A stretch of 61,664 nt of DNA, the filler included, from Bradymonadales bacterium (GTDB lineage Bacteria; Bdellovibrionota; UBA2394): assembly GCA_007693605.1 (NCBI GenBank). It is 4 parts of 4 records of this genome, joined end to end, with 100 filler letters (N's around TTAATTAATTAA, not from the genome) between each part and the next. Parts side by side here need not be neighbours in the genome. Positions count along the whole stretch, not along the records: positions 37,079 to 61,664 come from REDG01000030.1; 3 more parts are not named here. One strand, written 5' to 3'. The position numbers were made by a program, and so were the translations under genes. The notes under the pieces were generated by a model. The model saw nothing but the letters and a program-made list of their open reading frames with translations. It was not told the DNA's origin and did no database searches. Of this stretch, positions 43,420 to 54,908 are shown in pieces (position 1 is the first letter of the stretch; each line of letters starts with the position of its first letter).

Positions 43420-44384
43420 AAGTTCTTGTCGTGGCCGACCCCCTCGAAGCGCTTCAAGACGAGACCGATACCACCCTCTATTGGTCGAAGATTTGTCTGG
43501 AAGCAGGGGCTGAGATTTGGTGGGCAGAAGCTCAAGACCTATCTTGGTTTGGAGATCATTTGCGAATTCAGGCGAGCTCGTGTGAGCTGGATGAAAAGGG
43601 TCGCCTAAAGGCCGGTGAGATCGAGAGCTTTTCAATTCTGAAGACTCGCTTCGATTGGATTTGGCTCAGAAAGGAGCCGCCCTACGATTTTTCCTATTTG
43701 AAAATGTGCTGGCGACTGAGTCACCTCACAGGGGGCGGGGCCCGCTTTTTAAACTCACCAGAGTCTTTGCTGCTCTTTCCTGAAAAGGAGATTCCACTCT
43801 ATCTGGTCTCTCGCGCCATACTGCAGCCCGACAATATCTTAATGACTTGCATTTCTGATCTTGCAGAGGAGCAGATTCGGTTTGTTCAAGAGCAGTCTTC
43901 TGATTTCTTCATCTGCAAGCCCTGGGATTCTTTCGCCGGAAAGGGCGTTCGTCGACTGACAAGAGAAGAACTTCTGCAAGAGATTGAGTCCCGTAGAATA
44001 GACAGCGGTTCTATACTTCAAGTCTACAACCCCTCGGTCGAGAGCCGGGGAGATCGAAGAGTTCTGATTTTAGACGGACGCATTTTAGGCAGTTTCGTTC
44101 GAGTTCCTCAGAAGGGTGGATTTTTAGCGAATCTCGTTCATGGAGCCAGTCTGGAATTCTCAGAGATGAGCGAGCGAGAAGAAGCGATCGCAAATAAATT
44201 GGCCGCTTGGACGCAAGTCGCGGGACTTCATTTTATTGGCGCGGATCTCATCGGGGAGCGATTGAATGAAGTAAATACGACATGCCCAACGGGACTGCTC
44301 GCACTTGAAAAGCTTTCTGGAAGGTCGCAAAAGCAGCTTTGGAGGGATTTCTTTTTCAACAAAAAGAACGGGGCTCGTCTGTGA
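43416..44384 (+). CDS. gshB: Glutathione synthetase (ATP-grasp), divergent
   Basis: DPLE....TDTT, RKEPPYD..Y, NSPESL..PEK, GDRRVLILDG, FLANL.HG, GADLIG.RLNEVN.TCPTG. Confidence 0.88.
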   Translation: MKVLVVADPLEALQDETDTTLYWSKICLEAGAEIWWAEAQDLSWFGDHLRIQASSCELDEKGRLKAGEIESFSILKTRFDWIWLRKEPPYDFSYLKMCWRLSHLTGGGARFLNSPESLLLFPEKEIPLYLVSRAILQPDNILMTCISDLAEEQIRFVQEQSSDFFICKPWDSFAGKGVRRLTREELLQEIESRRIDSGSILQVYNPSVESRGDRRVLILDGRILGSFVRVPQKGGFLANLVHGASLEFSEMSEREEAIANKLAAWTQVAGLHFIGADLIGERLNEVNTTCPTGLLALEKLSGRSQKQLWRDFFFNKKNGARL

Positions 44385-45307
44385 ACTTGGCCCTCGATCT
44401 GGATTCTGTTTCCGTCGTCTATTCAAAGGGTCGATCCGAAGAAAAGACTGCTGTAAAGTCTTTGAGTCTTCAGATTCCAGAAGGAGAAATTTTTGGTCTT
44501 CTCGGACCGAACGGCGCTGGCAAGACTTCACTGATTTCCGTGATCGTAGGTCTTTTGAAGCCGAGTGAGGGTCAATGTCGAGTGTTTGGACATCTAGCCG
44601 GAAGTGTAGAGGCGAGAAGGCTGATCGGCTTTGTGCCCCAAGAGCTGATTCATCATGGTTTTTTTACGGTCGAAGAAATTCTTCATTATATCTCTGGCTA
44701 CCATGGCCTAGGCCAAAACAAATCTCGAATTGACTTTCTTCTGAAGAAACTGGCGCTCGATGAGGTTCGAAATCGAAAGGTGAATTCCCTGAGTGGGGGG
44801 ATGAAAAGGCGGCTTCTCATTTGTAAGGCCTTGGTTCATTCTCCGAAGTTGTTGTTGCTTGATGAGCCCTCGGCGGGGGTCGATGTCGAACTGAGGTCTC
44901 AGCTCTGGCAGTTTGTTCAGGAGCTCCACGACTCTGGCACGACCATTCTTTTGACGACCCACTATCTTGAAGAGGCTCAACGGCTATGCAAACGTTTGGG
45001 AATCATGAGTCATGCGAAGCTGCTGGCTCTCGATGAGACAGGGCATCTGATTTCCTCTCTGGCCGAACGCTATCTGGTTTTTCGCTTGAAGCCCGACTTT
45101 CCCGAAGAGAACTTGAGAAGAAGGGGAGTGGCGGGCTTGAGTGAGCTAAAGACTCGTGGAGAGTGGCAGTTAAAAATCGAAGAGGGCGCCAATCTCAATC
45201 AAAGCCTTGATGCGGTTGGAATCAGTTGGGACAGTTTTTCGGACTTTAGAATCGAGACAGGCTCTCTCGAAGAAGCATTTCTAAAAATCGTGGGAGGAAA
45301 GAATTGA
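44381..45307 (+). CDS. ABC-2 type exporter ATP-binding protein (YadG-like)
   Basis: GPNGAGKT, VPQE, LSGGMKRR, LLLDEP.AGVDVELR, TTHYLEEA; GTGA overlap with gshB. Confidence 0.93.
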   Translation: MNLALDLDSVSVVYSKGRSEEKTAVKSLSLQIPEGEIFGLLGPNGAGKTSLISVIVGLLKPSEGQCRVFGHLAGSVEARRLIGFVPQELIHHGFFTVEEILHYISGYHGLGQNKSRIDFLLKKLALDEVRNRKVNSLSGGMKRRLLICKALVHSPKLLLLDEPSAGVDVELRSQLWQFVQELHDSGTTILLTTHYLEEAQRLCKRLGIMSHAKLLALDETGHLISSLAERYLVFRLKPDFPEENLRRRGVAGLSELKTRGEWQLKIEEGANLNQSLDAVGISWDSFSDFRIETGSLEEAFLKIVGGKN

Positions 45308-46098
45308 AGGCCTCAAGGCTTTATTGGATCGGCACTTGGTTCTTTTTCAAAAGGGAGGTGCATCGATTCTTGAAGGTGTGGGCTCAGACGCTGTTCAGTC
45401 CGGTCATCAATGCGGCACTTTATATGTTGGTTTTCGGCCTGAGCTTTTCTCGTTTGATTCAAGGTTTTGGGGAAGTGTCTTACTTAGAATTTTTGATTCC
45501 AGGTTTGATTGCTATGTCTGCTTTGAACAATGCCTTGCAGAACTCTGCGAGCTCCATCATGTCTTCAAAGTTTCAAAACGACCTTCAGGATTTAAAGGTT
45601 AATCCTCTCTCTCCGTTTCAGATTGTCATTGGTTTTGTGAGTGGCGCCTGGGTGAGGGCTATCATTTGTGGCTTTCTTGTCTATCTGGTGGGTTGCGTTT
45701 TTGTTTATATTCAGTCCGGCCACTGGTTTAGCATTCAGTCTCCATTTTTCTTTCTTTTGTTTTTAAGCCTTGGGGCCTGTTTCTTTTCGTGCTTGGGAAT
45801 TTGGGCCGCGTTTAGGGCCCGGAGCTTTGACGAGATTGGCGCAGTGACCCAGTTCATTGTGATGCCTCTTATTTACCTTGGAGGTGTCTTTTACTCTCTG
45901 TCGAGTCTGCCCGAGTTCTGGCAGAGAATTGCTACAGTCAACCCCCTAGTTTATTTTATCAATGGAATCCGCTGGTCGGTGATGAAGGAGTCTGACTTCT
46001 CTCTAGAGTTATGCTTAACGGTCAGTCTGGCCTTTGTGGCCCTTGGGATTGTTTTGGCTTATCGAGGCATCCTAAGAGGCTACTATTTTCGCTTTTAA
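45304..46098 (+). CDS. ABC-2 type exporter permease (YadH-like)
   Basis: REVHRFLKVWAQTLFSP, YLEFLIPGL, PLIYLGGVFYS...LP.FWQ, NPLVY.INGIR. Confidence 0.92.
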   Translation: MKASRLYWIGTWFFFKREVHRFLKVWAQTLFSPVINAALYMLVFGLSFSRLIQGFGEVSYLEFLIPGLIAMSALNNALQNSASSIMSSKFQNDLQDLKVNPLSPFQIVIGFVSGAWVRAIICGFLVYLVGCVFVYIQSGHWFSIQSPFFFLLFLSLGACFFSCLGIWAAFRARSFDEIGAVTQFIVMPLIYLGGVFYSLSSLPEFWQRIATVNPLVYFINGIRWSVMKESDFSLELCLTVSLAFVALGIVLAYRGILRGYYFRF

Positions 46099-46145
46099 TT
46101 TGACCAAGGCCGGAATCTGTTTAGGTTGAAGAGAGGAGGCCATCA

Positions 46146-48761
46146 ATGGCTTTACAGCCCGATAAAATGACCCAGAAATCTCAAGAAGCCTTGCAAGACG
46201 CGCAGACGATGGCCCAAGCCTATGGGCATCAAGAGACCGATGCGGAGCATCTGGTTTTGGCGCTGATGGAGCAAGAGGAAGGGCTGATTCCAAGGCTTTT
46301 TGAAAGAATGAGTGTCGCCCATCAAGGTTTGAGGTCAGTTCTTCAAGAGGAGCTGGATCGTCGTCCAAAAGTCAGTGCGACGGGGGGAGACGGTCGAGTT
46401 TTCGTGACCAAGGCTTTGAGTCAAGTTTTGGATCAGTCCGAGAAGGAGGCCAAGCAGCTCAAAGATGACTTTGTGTCTGTTGAGCATTTATTTCTGGCGG
46501 TTCTTGAGAAAACTCCGATGAACTCCGTTCTGGGTAAAGCCTTGTCTCAGTTTCAGATTTCAAGAGATCGTTTTCTTGCAGCGCTCACCGAAGTTCGGGG
46601 CCATCAGAGGGTTTCCTCCGCAAATCCCGAAGCGACCTACGATGTTTTGAATCGCTATGGGCGAGACCTTGTTCAAGACGCCAAGACTTCCAAGCTAGAT
46701 CCGGTAATCGGAAGAGATTCTGAAATTAGAAGAGTCATACGAATTCTATCTCGAAAAACGAAGAACAATCCCGTCTTGATAGGTGAACCTGGGGTCGGAA
46801 AGACGGCGATTGCCGAGGGTCTGGCTCAGCGCATTGTGCGGGGGGATGTTCCGGAAGGCCTCAAAGATAAAAAAATATTCTCCCTAGATCTCGGCGCCTT
46901 AGTCGCTGGCGCGAAATATCGAGGAGAGTTTGAAGAACGATTGAAAGCCGTTTTGAAAGAAGTCAAAGAAAGTGAAGGCCAGATCATTCTGTTTATTGAT
47001 GAGCTGCATACGATTGTGGGAGCCGGCAAAGCCGAAGGATCGATGGATGCGGGCAATATGCTGAAGCCCATGTTGGCGAGGGGGGAGCTCCATTGCATTG
47101 GCGCCACCACTTTGGACGAATATCGCAAGCATATTGAAAAGGACGCGGCTCTCGAGCGAAGGTTTCAAACCGTTTTGGTAGAAGAGCCTAGTGTGGAAGA
47201 TAGTATCTCCATTCTAAGGGGCTTGAAGGAGCGCTTTGAAGTTCATCACGGGGTGAAGATTCAAGACAATTCCCTGGTGGCGGCTGCTCAATTGTCTCAC
47301 CGCTATATTAGCGACCGCTTTCTTCCCGACAAGGCCATTGATTTGGTCGATGAGGCTTGTGCCATGATTCGAACGGAGATTGATTCGATGCCCTCTGAAT
47401 TGGACCGAATCACTCGACGCATTATGCAACTCGATATCGAAGAGGCCGCTCTCAAGAAAGAGAAAGACCAGGCCAGTAAAGAGCGATTAGAGGCTTTGCG
47501 AAGAGAGGCGGCTGATCTTCGAGACGAAGAAAAGAAAATGCGGCTTCAGTGGGAAGACGAGCGAAAGCTGATTTCAAAGCTTCAGCACATTCGAGAAGGA
47601 ATTGAGAAGCTCAAAGCCGAGATTGACAGAGCTGAAAGAGAATATGATTTGAATCGCGCGGCTGAACTGAAGCACGGAGAGCTTCCAAAGCTTGAGAAAG
47701 AGCTGAAGGCAGAGGAGCAAAAGATAGAGTCTTCTTCGACGAAAGGGCCGCGGCTGTTGAAAGAAGAAGTCACTGAAGAGGAGATATCTCAAATTGTCTC
47801 GAAGTGGACCGGAATTCCCGTGACCCGTTTGTTAGAAGGCGAGAGGGAAAAGCTGCTTCGCTTAGACGAGACTTTGCATCAAAGGGTGGTCGGTCAGGAC
47901 GAAGCGGTGCGCTTGGTGGCGGATGCCGTATTGAGAGCCCGCGCGGGCATTAAAGATCCAAAGCGACCGATTGGCTCCTTTATTTTTCTGGGTCCAACAG
48001 GAGTCGGAAAGACGGAGCTGGCCAAGTCCTTGGCAGAGAGTCTTTTTGACTCCGAAGAAAATCTGATTCGTTTAGACATGAGCGAGTATATGGAAAAGCA
48101 TTCGGTGTCTCGATTGGTCGGGGCTCCTCCGGGATATGTCGGCTACGAAGAAGGAGGGCAGCTCACCGAAGCGGTTCGGCGACGCCCCTATTCAGTCGTT
48201 CTCTTTGACGAGATCGAGAAGGCCCATGTCGATGTTTTTAATATTCTCTTGCAGATCTTAGACGATGGTCAGGCGACGGACTCTCAGGGGCGCAAAGTGG
48301 ACTTTAAGAACACGGTCATCATTATGACTTCGAATATTGGCTCTCCCCACCTGATTGAGGGCTTGGATCCTCGGGGGCAACTCAAGTCCGAATCGAGAGA
48401 GCGGGTGTTGACAGAGCTTCGGGCACACTTTCGTCCCGAATTCTTAAATCGGGTGGACGAAACTGTTATGTTCAAGCCTCTTCAATTGGAAGAGATTCTG
48501 AAGATTGTGGAGTTGTTGCTTCAGCAAATTCAGAACCGACTTCGAGATCAGAAGATTGAGCTCGATCTGAGCCCTGCCGCCAAAGAATATTTGGCTAAAG
48601 TGGGTTTCGATCCGGTCTATGGAGCAAGGCCGCTTAAAAGGGCTATTCAGAGAGAGATCGAAAACCCCTTGGCTCGAATGATTCTAAAAAACGAAGTCTC
48701 AGAAGGCCAAAAGCTTCAGATAGACTTTCAATCAGAGCAGCTCGTGTTTAAGGCCCTCTAA
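46146..48761 (+). CDS. clpB: ATP-dependent disaggregase ClpB
   Basis: [17 protein letters not shown], long coiled-coil M domain, [16 protein letters not shown]. Confidence 0.98.
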   Translation: MALQPDKMTQKSQEALQDAQTMAQAYGHQETDAEHLVLALMEQEEGLIPRLFERMSVAHQGLRSVLQEELDRRPKVSATGGDGRVFVTKALSQVLDQSEKEAKQLKDDFVSVEHLFLAVLEKTPMNSVLGKALSQFQISRDRFLAALTEVRGHQRVSSANPEATYDVLNRYGRDLVQDAKTSKLDPVIGRDSEIRRVIRILSRKTKNNPVLIGEPGVGKTAIAEGLAQRIVRGDVPEGLKDKKIFSLDLGALVAGAKYRGEFEERLKAVLKEVKESEGQIILFIDELHTIVGAGKAEGSMDAGNMLKPMLARGELHCIGATTLDEYRKHIEKDAALERRFQTVLVEEPSVEDSISILRGLKERFEVHHGVKIQDNSLVAAAQLSHRYISDRFLPDKAIDLVDEACAMIRTEIDSMPSELDRITRRIMQLDIEEAALKKEKDQASKERLEALRREAADLRDEEKKMRLQWEDERKLISKLQHIREGIEKLKAEIDRAEREYDLNRAAELKHGELPKLEKELKAEEQKIESSSTKGPRLLKEEVTEEEISQIVSKWTGIPVTRLLEGEREKLLRLDETLHQRVVGQDEAVRLVADAVLRARAGIKDPKRPIGSFIFLGPTGVGKTELAKSLAESLFDSEENLIRLDMSEYMEKHSVSRLVGAPPGYVGYEEGGQLTEAVRRRPYSVVLFDEIEKAHVDVFNILLQILDDGQATDSQGRKVDFKNTVIIMTSNIGSPHLIEGLDPRGQLKSESRERVLTELRAHFRPEFLNRVDETVMFKPLQLEEILKIVELLLQQIQNRLRDQKIELDLSPAAKEYLAKVGFDPVYGARPLKRAIQREIENPLARMILKNEVSEGQKLQIDFQSEQLVFKAL

Positions 48762-48906
48762 GGCCCTGAGAAGGCCTTAAAATCATGACTTATCAGTATT
48801 GATTTAGGGAATCACTCGCTTTATAAGTTTTTCTAAGGAAGAAAGTTAAGGCGGGTTGCGCGATTTCAGAGCCGTTCTGACTTATATCTCCTTCATGGTG
48901 AATAAA

Positions 48907-49449
48907 ATGAATATTTCAGCTCACGAAGAGTATGGTTTGAGATGTGCCATTCGCTTAGCGAAGGCACAAGAGCGGGGGTCTTTGGCGGCTTCGAAGATCG
49001 CAGGCGAAGAAGGCTTGTCGGTCGAATATGTCAGTAAGATTTTGCATCTCTTTCGGAAAGCTAAGCTCGTCAAAGCCTCTCGGGGGATTCACGGGGGATT
49101 TAGCCTGGCCAGGCCCGCCAGAGAGATTTTTGTCAAAGAAGTTTTCCAAGCTCTTAGCTCGAAATTGGTGCGCGAAGAATTTTGTCGGCACTTTAGTGGT
49201 CAGAGGGATGAGTGCGCGAATTTCTCCTCTTGTTCAGCTCGCCCTCTTTGGTCCTTGCTTCAGTTCTATTTGGATGGAGTGGTGGGTCGAATGAGCTTAG
49301 AAGACGTTAGTGCGCCTGAAGAAGTGGTTCGAGAGAGGTTGCTTTTAAAGCTTCAACTGCATTTGTCAGAATTTGTTTCAGATCATTCAAAGAATTTAGA
49401 GAACTCAGAGAAAGGAAGAAAAGGCAATGTCTATGCGCTTAGAGATTGA
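48907..49449 (+). CDS. Rrf2 family transcriptional regulator (IscR-like, three Cys)
   Basis: EEYGLR, wHTH ..RGIHGGFSLARP, C-x9-C-x5-C then PLW; heads the suf operon; start 48895 or 48907. Confidence 0.9.
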   Translation: MNISAHEEYGLRCAIRLAKAQERGSLAASKIAGEEGLSVEYVSKILHLFRKAKLVKASRGIHGGFSLARPAREIFVKEVFQALSSKLVREEFCRHFSGQRDECANFSSCSARPLWSLLQFYLDGVVGRMSLEDVSAPEEVVRERLLLKLQLHLSEFVSDHSKNLENSEKGRKGNVYALRD

Positions 49450-50176
49450 AGACCTGGTGGTCAGTGTGGAGGGCAAAAAGATTCTTCAGGGCTTGAATCT
49501 TCAAGTAAGGCCCGGAGAGCTTCATGCGTTGATGGGACGAAATGGTTCAGGCAAGAGCACTTTAGCTTACTGTCTGATGGGTCACCCACGCTATAAAGTG
49601 GAGTCCGGACGGATTCTTCTGGACGGAGAAGAGATTCAAGAACTTTCCCCTGAAGAACGATCTAAGAGAGGACTCTTTTTGGGTTTTCAGCACCCCGTAG
49701 AGATTCCTGGGGTGACAGTGGCGAATTTCTTGCGAGCAAGCCTTCGATCTCTTCGGCCTGAGATTCCCCCCAAAGACTTGCGCGCCATGATGAAACGAGA
49801 GGCGGGACATCTTCAGGTTCCGGACAGCTTCTTTACCCGCTTTGTGAATGAAGGCTTTAGTGGAGGAGAAAAGAAACGATTGGAGACTCTTCAGTTGCGA
49901 TTGATTCAGCCGAAACTTGCTGTCTTAGATGAAACGGACTCGGGTTTAGATATTGACGCTCTTCGAACAATATCAGAAAGCATCGCGGAGCTTCGAGATC
50001 AAGACAAGTCCTTCCTTTTGATTACACATTATCAGCGAATTCTGAATTACTTGAAGCCTGACCGAGTGCATGTTCTTTATAACGGAAAGATTCTTCGATC
50101 TGGGGGAATGGAACTGGCTGAAGAGCTTGAGAAGAAAGGTTATGACGAAGTGATTGAGAGAGGGCAGGCCGCATGA
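49427..50176 (+). CDS. sufC: Fe-S cluster assembly ATPase SufC
   Basis: MGRNGSGKST, FQHPVEIPGV, NEGFSGGEKKR, LDETDSGLDIDAL, ITHYQR. Confidence 0.97.
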   Translation: MSMRLEIEDLVVSVEGKKILQGLNLQVRPGELHALMGRNGSGKSTLAYCLMGHPRYKVESGRILLDGEEIQELSPEERSKRGLFLGFQHPVEIPGVTVANFLRASLRSLRPEIPPKDLRAMMKREAGHLQVPDSFFTRFVNEGFSGGEKKRLETLQLRLIQPKLAVLDETDSGLDIDALRTISESIAELRDQDKSFLLITHYQRILNYLKPDRVHVLYNGKILRSGGMELAEELEKKGYDEVIERGQAA

Positions 50177-51381
50177 GCGTTGAAGCCAGAAGGCTTTCGC
50201 CGGTTCAAGCTGCCGAAGACTCTCGTTTAGAGGCTGCAAGAAGGTTTAAAGGCTGCGCCCTGCCAGGCCTGAAGACGGAATCTTATCGTTACTTTCCGGT
50301 GCAGGGCTTTGAGCAAAGACTGGCCGATAAAAAGGTCCTAGTCTTTTCAAACCATCAATGGGCAGAGTCAGAGTGTCACTGGAGTAACGGGGTTTTGTCT
50401 GCCAACTTTTCGCAGTGGAAAGCAGGGGGCTTAGAGATTCAGAGCTTAGAAGAAGCCTTCTGGGAAAAGGATGCAGGGGACGGTCACAGAGATTTCTTTA
50501 AGGACTGGATTGATTCTTCGTGGACAGGGGGCTGGAGCTTTCGATTGAAAGCTGGCAAGAAGTTGAACGAGCCCCTTCGCCTTGTGATTGAGCCTTCTTT
50601 GAGCCACTCTCAATGCCTTCGTCGTTTGATTTATCTAGAAGAAGGCTCAGAGCTGCATCTAATGGAGGATTGGAGCCTAGAGGCTTTGTCTGAAAAGGCC
50701 TGGATCGGAAGTCATCTTCAGATCGTGCTAGAGGCGGGTGCTCGATTGGTTTTTCAGCAACTGGAACGAGGCAGGAGTGCAGGCTATCGTCTTGAGAGGC
50801 ATGAAGCTTGGCTGAATCAATCAAGTCAGCTTCAATTTTTACAACTTCCTCAATCGGCTCAACGAACTCAAGTGCAATCACATTTTTTTCTGGATGGAGA
50901 GTCGGCTGAGGTGGATGCCAAACTTTCAGCCATTGGATCTGGAAAGAATGTGTTTGAATGGCAGACCTCTTCTTTTCAACGGAAGCCTAACACGAAGTCT
51001 CAGACTCAATTTTTTGGCTTAGCCCAAGATCGGTCGAAGTTGGTTTTTGACGCTCTCATCGACATTCCTAAAGAAGTTTCAAAGGTCGAGGCCCATCAAA
51101 ACTCCCGTTCTCTTTTGTTGAACGACCAGGCCTCTGTGGTGAATATGCCCAAGTTAAAGATAGCGACAGACGATGTTTTGGTGACTCATGGGGCGGCCGT
51201 GAGTAGTTTTGATGAGGAACAGATTTTTTACCTCCGATCAAGAGGTCTCTCAGAGGAGAAGGCCAGAGAAACAATCGTTCTCTCATTTGTGAATCCCTTG
51301 TTGGAGGAGCTTCTAGTGGAAGAGCTTCGAGAGGAGCTGCAACAGGAGTTCAAACAATTGTTGGGGGGCAAGCCCCAATGA
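50173..51381 (+). CDS. sufD: SufD, divergent
   Basis: E.YRY N-terminus, PKLKI..DDV..THGA, EQIFYLRSRGL. Confidence 0.9.
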   Translation: MSVEARRLSPVQAAEDSRLEAARRFKGCALPGLKTESYRYFPVQGFEQRLADKKVLVFSNHQWAESECHWSNGVLSANFSQWKAGGLEIQSLEEAFWEKDAGDGHRDFFKDWIDSSWTGGWSFRLKAGKKLNEPLRLVIEPSLSHSQCLRRLIYLEEGSELHLMEDWSLEALSEKAWIGSHLQIVLEAGARLVFQQLERGRSAGYRLERHEAWLNQSSQLQFLQLPQSAQRTQVQSHFFLDGESAEVDAKLSAIGSGKNVFEWQTSSFQRKPNTKSQTQFFGLAQDRSKLVFDALIDIPKEVSKVEAHQNSRSLLLNDQASVVNMPKLKIATDDVLVTHGAAVSSFDEEQIFYLRSRGLSEEKARETIVLSFVNPLLEELLVEELREELQQEFKQLLGGKPQ

Positions 51382-52643
51382 GTCTTCAAGTCTCTGAACT
51401 CAATTCCTTTTCTGTCGAGAGACTCCGCTCGGAGTTTCCGATTTTGAAAAGGAGTATGGGGCCATCTAACTTGGTTTACCTCGACAACGCGGCCACGTTG
51501 CAGCGACCTCGTCGGGTGGTGGATCGAGAGAGGGAGTTTTCCCTTCGATCCAACGCGAATGTGCATCGAAGTGCCCATCGCTTAAGTTTTGAAGCGACGG
51601 AGCTCTTTGAGGAGGCAAGAAAGAAGCTGGCCAATAGTCTCGGGGCCACGGACAGTCATGAGCTCATTTTCACAAAGGGAGCCACTGAAGCGATCAACTG
51701 TGTTGCACAAACCTGGGGAATGGATCAGCTTCAAGAAGGCCAAGAAGTCATCATCAGTCGAGCGGAGCATCACGCGAACTTTGTGCCCTGGCAACAATTG
51801 TGTCGTCGAAAGAAGTTGAAACTTCAAATTTTAGAGTTAGATGCAGAGGCAAGAATCCAGCCTTCGGCCCTAGAGGGGCTTTTGAATTCCAATACAGCCT
51901 TGGTTGCCCTGACGGCCCTCTCAAATGTCACCGGTGCAAAAACGCCCTTAGGGGAGCTGATTCCGATCATTCGTGCCAAGACGAGTGCCAAGATCTTGAT
52001 TGATGCCTGTCAGGCCCTCTTATACGAAACCGAATTTTTGAAAAACTATCCGGTCGATTTTCTCGTGGGTTCGGGTCACAAAATGGGAGCTCCAACGGGC
52101 ATTGGATTTTTATGGGGAAAGAGAGAGCTTCTGGAAGCCATGCCCCCCTACCAACTTGGCGGAGAGATGATTAGTGTGGTCTATGACTCCGATTCTCGTT
52201 GGAGTGGAATTCCCTACAAATTTGAGGCAGGAACCCCACCCATTTCGCAAGCCATTGCCTGGGGGGAATGTCTTCGTTTTTGGGAGGAACAGAATCGAGA
52301 TTGGTTAGATGCTCATTTGAAAGCCTTGACCGAACGGGCTTTGAAAAAGTTAGAAGAAGTTTCGGAGCTCAGAATTTTGGGTCCGCTCTCTGCAAAGGAT
52401 CGACATCCGACTTTCAGTTTTAGTGTGGAGGGAGTGCACCCACACGATCTGGTCACTTTTCTAGATTCGAAGGGAATTGCCATTCGAGGCGGGCATCACT
52501 GCGCGCAACCTCTTCATCGGCAGATGGGCTTTGGTTCCAGTGCTCGGGCAAGCCTGACCTATTACAATCAAGAAGAAGAAGTAGACTTGTTTGTAGAAGC
52601 TTTAAAGGAGTCGATTCTTTTCTTTCGGAGGTTGAGCCCATGA
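51378..52643 (+). CDS. sufS: Cysteine desulfurase SufS
   Basis: YLDNAAT, EHHANFVPWQ, SGHKM, FEAGTP, RGGHHCAQP. Confidence 0.96.
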   Translation: MSLQVSELNSFSVERLRSEFPILKRSMGPSNLVYLDNAATLQRPRRVVDREREFSLRSNANVHRSAHRLSFEATELFEEARKKLANSLGATDSHELIFTKGATEAINCVAQTWGMDQLQEGQEVIISRAEHHANFVPWQQLCRRKKLKLQILELDAEARIQPSALEGLLNSNTALVALTALSNVTGAKTPLGELIPIIRAKTSAKILIDACQALLYETEFLKNYPVDFLVGSGHKMGAPTGIGFLWGKRELLEAMPPYQLGGEMISVVYDSDSRWSGIPYKFEAGTPPISQAIAWGECLRFWEEQNRDWLDAHLKALTERALKKLEEVSELRILGPLSAKDRHPTFSFSVEGVHPHDLVTFLDSKGIAIRGGHHCAQPLHRQMGFGSSARASLTYYNQEEEVDLFVEALKESILFFRRLSP

Positions 52644-53122
52644 GTTTGGAGCTCCTGTATCGAGATCTTATTTTGGAGCATCAGCAGAGCCCAAGACACT
52701 TTGGAAGGATTGCTGAGGCCGATGCTGAGGCAGAAGCTTTCAATCCCATGTGTGGTGATCGAGTTCATATCTCTTTGAAGATTGAGCCTCAAGAGAAGAA
52801 GATTGTGGGCCAAGCCTTTGAGGGCGAAGGCTGCAGTATTTGTATGGCCAGTGCGAGCATGATGACCGAAGAGATTGAGGGCCTGAATCTCGATGAGGTC
52901 GAATCTCGAGTGGAGAGCTTTCGGAGCTTGATGAAAGGAGAACGCCCTTCAGGCGAGCTTGGAGAGGACATTCTAGCCTTGCAGGGAGTGGCGCAATTTC
53001 CCGTGAGGATTAAGTGCGCCCTATTGGCCTGGACTTGCTTAAAAGACGCCATTGACGAGTGGAGAGAATCGAAGAAGTCGAGAGAAACGGGCGAATCGAC
53101 AGCGGACTCAAAAGGAGCTTAA
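52640..53122 (+). CDS. sufU: SufU sulfur-transfer protein
   Basis: LYRDLILEH, NPMCGD, GCSICMASAS, FPVRIKCALLAW. Confidence 0.94.
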   Translation: MSLELLYRDLILEHQQSPRHFGRIAEADAEAEAFNPMCGDRVHISLKIEPQEKKIVGQAFEGEGCSICMASASMMTEEIEGLNLDEVESRVESFRSLMKGERPSGELGEDILALQGVAQFPVRIKCALLAWTCLKDAIDEWRESKKSRETGESTADSKGA

Positions 53123-53126
53123 AAAA

Positions 53127-53474
53127 ATGACGGAAGAACCTAAACAACAGACGGCGCCATTTAACAAGGATTCAGTCACTTCAGAGTTTTTGGAATGGTT
53201 GAAGCCGGTGCAAGACCCTGAACTTCATATGAGTTTAGTGGACTTGGGCCTTGTCTACAGCGTTAAAGACCAGGGTGATGGAGTCTTTCAAGTGGAGATC
53301 ACTCTGACCAGCCCGGGCTGCCCGGCGGGCGATTATTTGGTGGAACAGATTCGGGGCCGGATGTTGGAGCATGAACGAGTGCAAGCGGCTGAAGTGAAAG
53401 TGGTTTGGGAGCCCCAGTGGAATCCCGTCGAAATGGCATCTGAAGAAGCGAAAGAGGCGCTAGGCTTATGGTAG
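53127..53474 (+). CDS. sufT: DUF59/SufT Fe-S maturation factor
   Basis: [29 protein letters not shown]...MASEEAK..LG; ATG 53127 behind AAGGAG. Confidence 0.9.
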   Translation: MTEEPKQQTAPFNKDSVTSEFLEWLKPVQDPELHMSLVDLGLVYSVKDQGDGVFQVEITLTSPGCPAGDYLVEQIRGRMLEHERVQAAEVKVVWEPQWNPVEMASEEAKEALGLW

Positions 53475-54904
53475 ACCAGAGTGAAAAATTTAAAAGAGAC
53501 TACTCGTCTTATGGTTTTGTGACAGACATTGAGTCGGAACAAATTGCTCCTGGATTGACCGACGAGACGGTTCGACTCATTTCTGCGAAAAAGAAAGAGC
53601 CGAAGTGGCTACTAGACTGGCGACTAAAGGCCTTAGAGCATTGGAAGAAAATGTCGATGCCTTCGTGGGCCCACTTGAGAATTCCAGACATTGATTATCA
53701 GTCGTTGGTTTATTATTCGTCTCCGAAGCAAAGGAAAAAGCTCTCTTCTCTTGAAGAGGTTGACCCAAAGCTATTGGAAACCTATGAGAAATTGGGGATT
53801 CCTTTGACGGAGCAAAAACGGCTAGCCGGAGTGGCCGTTGATGCCGTTTTCGACAGTGTTTCGGTGGTGACGACTCAACGAGAGGAACTAAAAAAACATG
53901 GCATTGTCTTTTGCTCCATTTCAGAAGCATTGAAGGATCATGGCGATTTGATTCAGAAGTATTTGGGTTCTGTGGTTCCCATCACCGACAACTACTTTGC
54001 TACGCTCAACTCTGCGGTCTTTAGCGACGGATCCTTTGTTTATATTCCGAAAGGGGTGAGATGCCCATTGGATTTGTCGACTTACTTTCGAATCAACGCA
54101 GAGAACACGGGCCAGTTTGAAAGAACGCTGATTATTGCCGATGAGGGCAGTGAAGTCTCGTATATGGAGGGCTGTACGGCTCCCATGCGAGATGAGAATC
54201 AACTTCATGCGGCCGTTGTGGAGTTGGTCGCCTTGAAAGAAGCCAAAATAAAATATACGACGGTTCAGAATTGGTATTCAGGAGATGAAAAGGGTCGAGG
54301 AGGAATCTTTAATTTTGTGACGAAGCGAGGCCTCTGCCAAGGAGAGCGATCGCATATTAGTTGGACTCAGGTGGAGACAGGCTCAGCCATCACATGGAAG
54401 TATCCGAGTTGTGTGCTTGAGGGGGATGATTCAACCGGAGAGTTCTTTTCAGTGGCCATCACCAACGATCGGATGCAGGCCGACACCGGCACCAAGATGA
54501 TTCACAAAGGAAAGCGCACAAAGAGCCGCATCGTTTCAAAAGGAATCTCCTTAAAGGAGGGTGTGAACTCCTATCGAGGTCTGGTTCGAATGAGGCCTTC
54601 AGCAGCGGGAGCTCGAAATTTCACCCAATGTGATTCTCTGTTGATTGGAGGCCGTTGTGAGGCCAATACCTTTCCGGTGATTGAAGTTCAAAATCAGACG
54701 GCGGTGGTGGAGCATGAGGCCACGGCTTCGAAGGTCAGTGAGGACCAATTGTTCTACTTGCTTTCGAGAGGCCTCTCTGAAGAGCAGGCCGTTAAGCTTA
54801 TTGTAAACGGATACTGCGACGAGGTCTTAAAACAGCTTCCGATGGAGTTTGCGCTCGAAGCGAACCGATTGCTTGATTTAAAATTAGAGGGCTGTGTAGG
54901 CTAG
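53468..54904 (+). CDS. sufB: Fe-S scaffold SufB
   Basis: [55 protein letters not shown]. Confidence 0.98.
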   Translation: MVDQSEKFKRDYSSYGFVTDIESEQIAPGLTDETVRLISAKKKEPKWLLDWRLKALEHWKKMSMPSWAHLRIPDIDYQSLVYYSSPKQRKKLSSLEEVDPKLLETYEKLGIPLTEQKRLAGVAVDAVFDSVSVVTTQREELKKHGIVFCSISEALKDHGDLIQKYLGSVVPITDNYFATLNSAVFSDGSFVYIPKGVRCPLDLSTYFRINAENTGQFERTLIIADEGSEVSYMEGCTAPMRDENQLHAAVVELVALKEAKIKYTTVQNWYSGDEKGRGGIFNFVTKRGLCQGERSHISWTQVETGSAITWKYPSCVLEGDDSTGEFFSVAITNDRMQADTGTKMIHKGKRTKSRIVSKGISLKEGVNSYRGLVRMRPSAAGARNFTQCDSLLIGGRCEANTFPVIEVQNQTAVVEHEATASKVSEDQLFYLLSRGLSEEQAVKLIVNGYCDEVLKQLPMEFALEANRLLDLKLEGCVG

Positions 54905-54908
54905 CGAA

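Noticed and set aside
42802..43635. 277-aa minus-strand ORF and other long antisense ORFs in the track
   Set aside because: Fully antisense to well-supported genes and without motifs; treated as shadow ORFs
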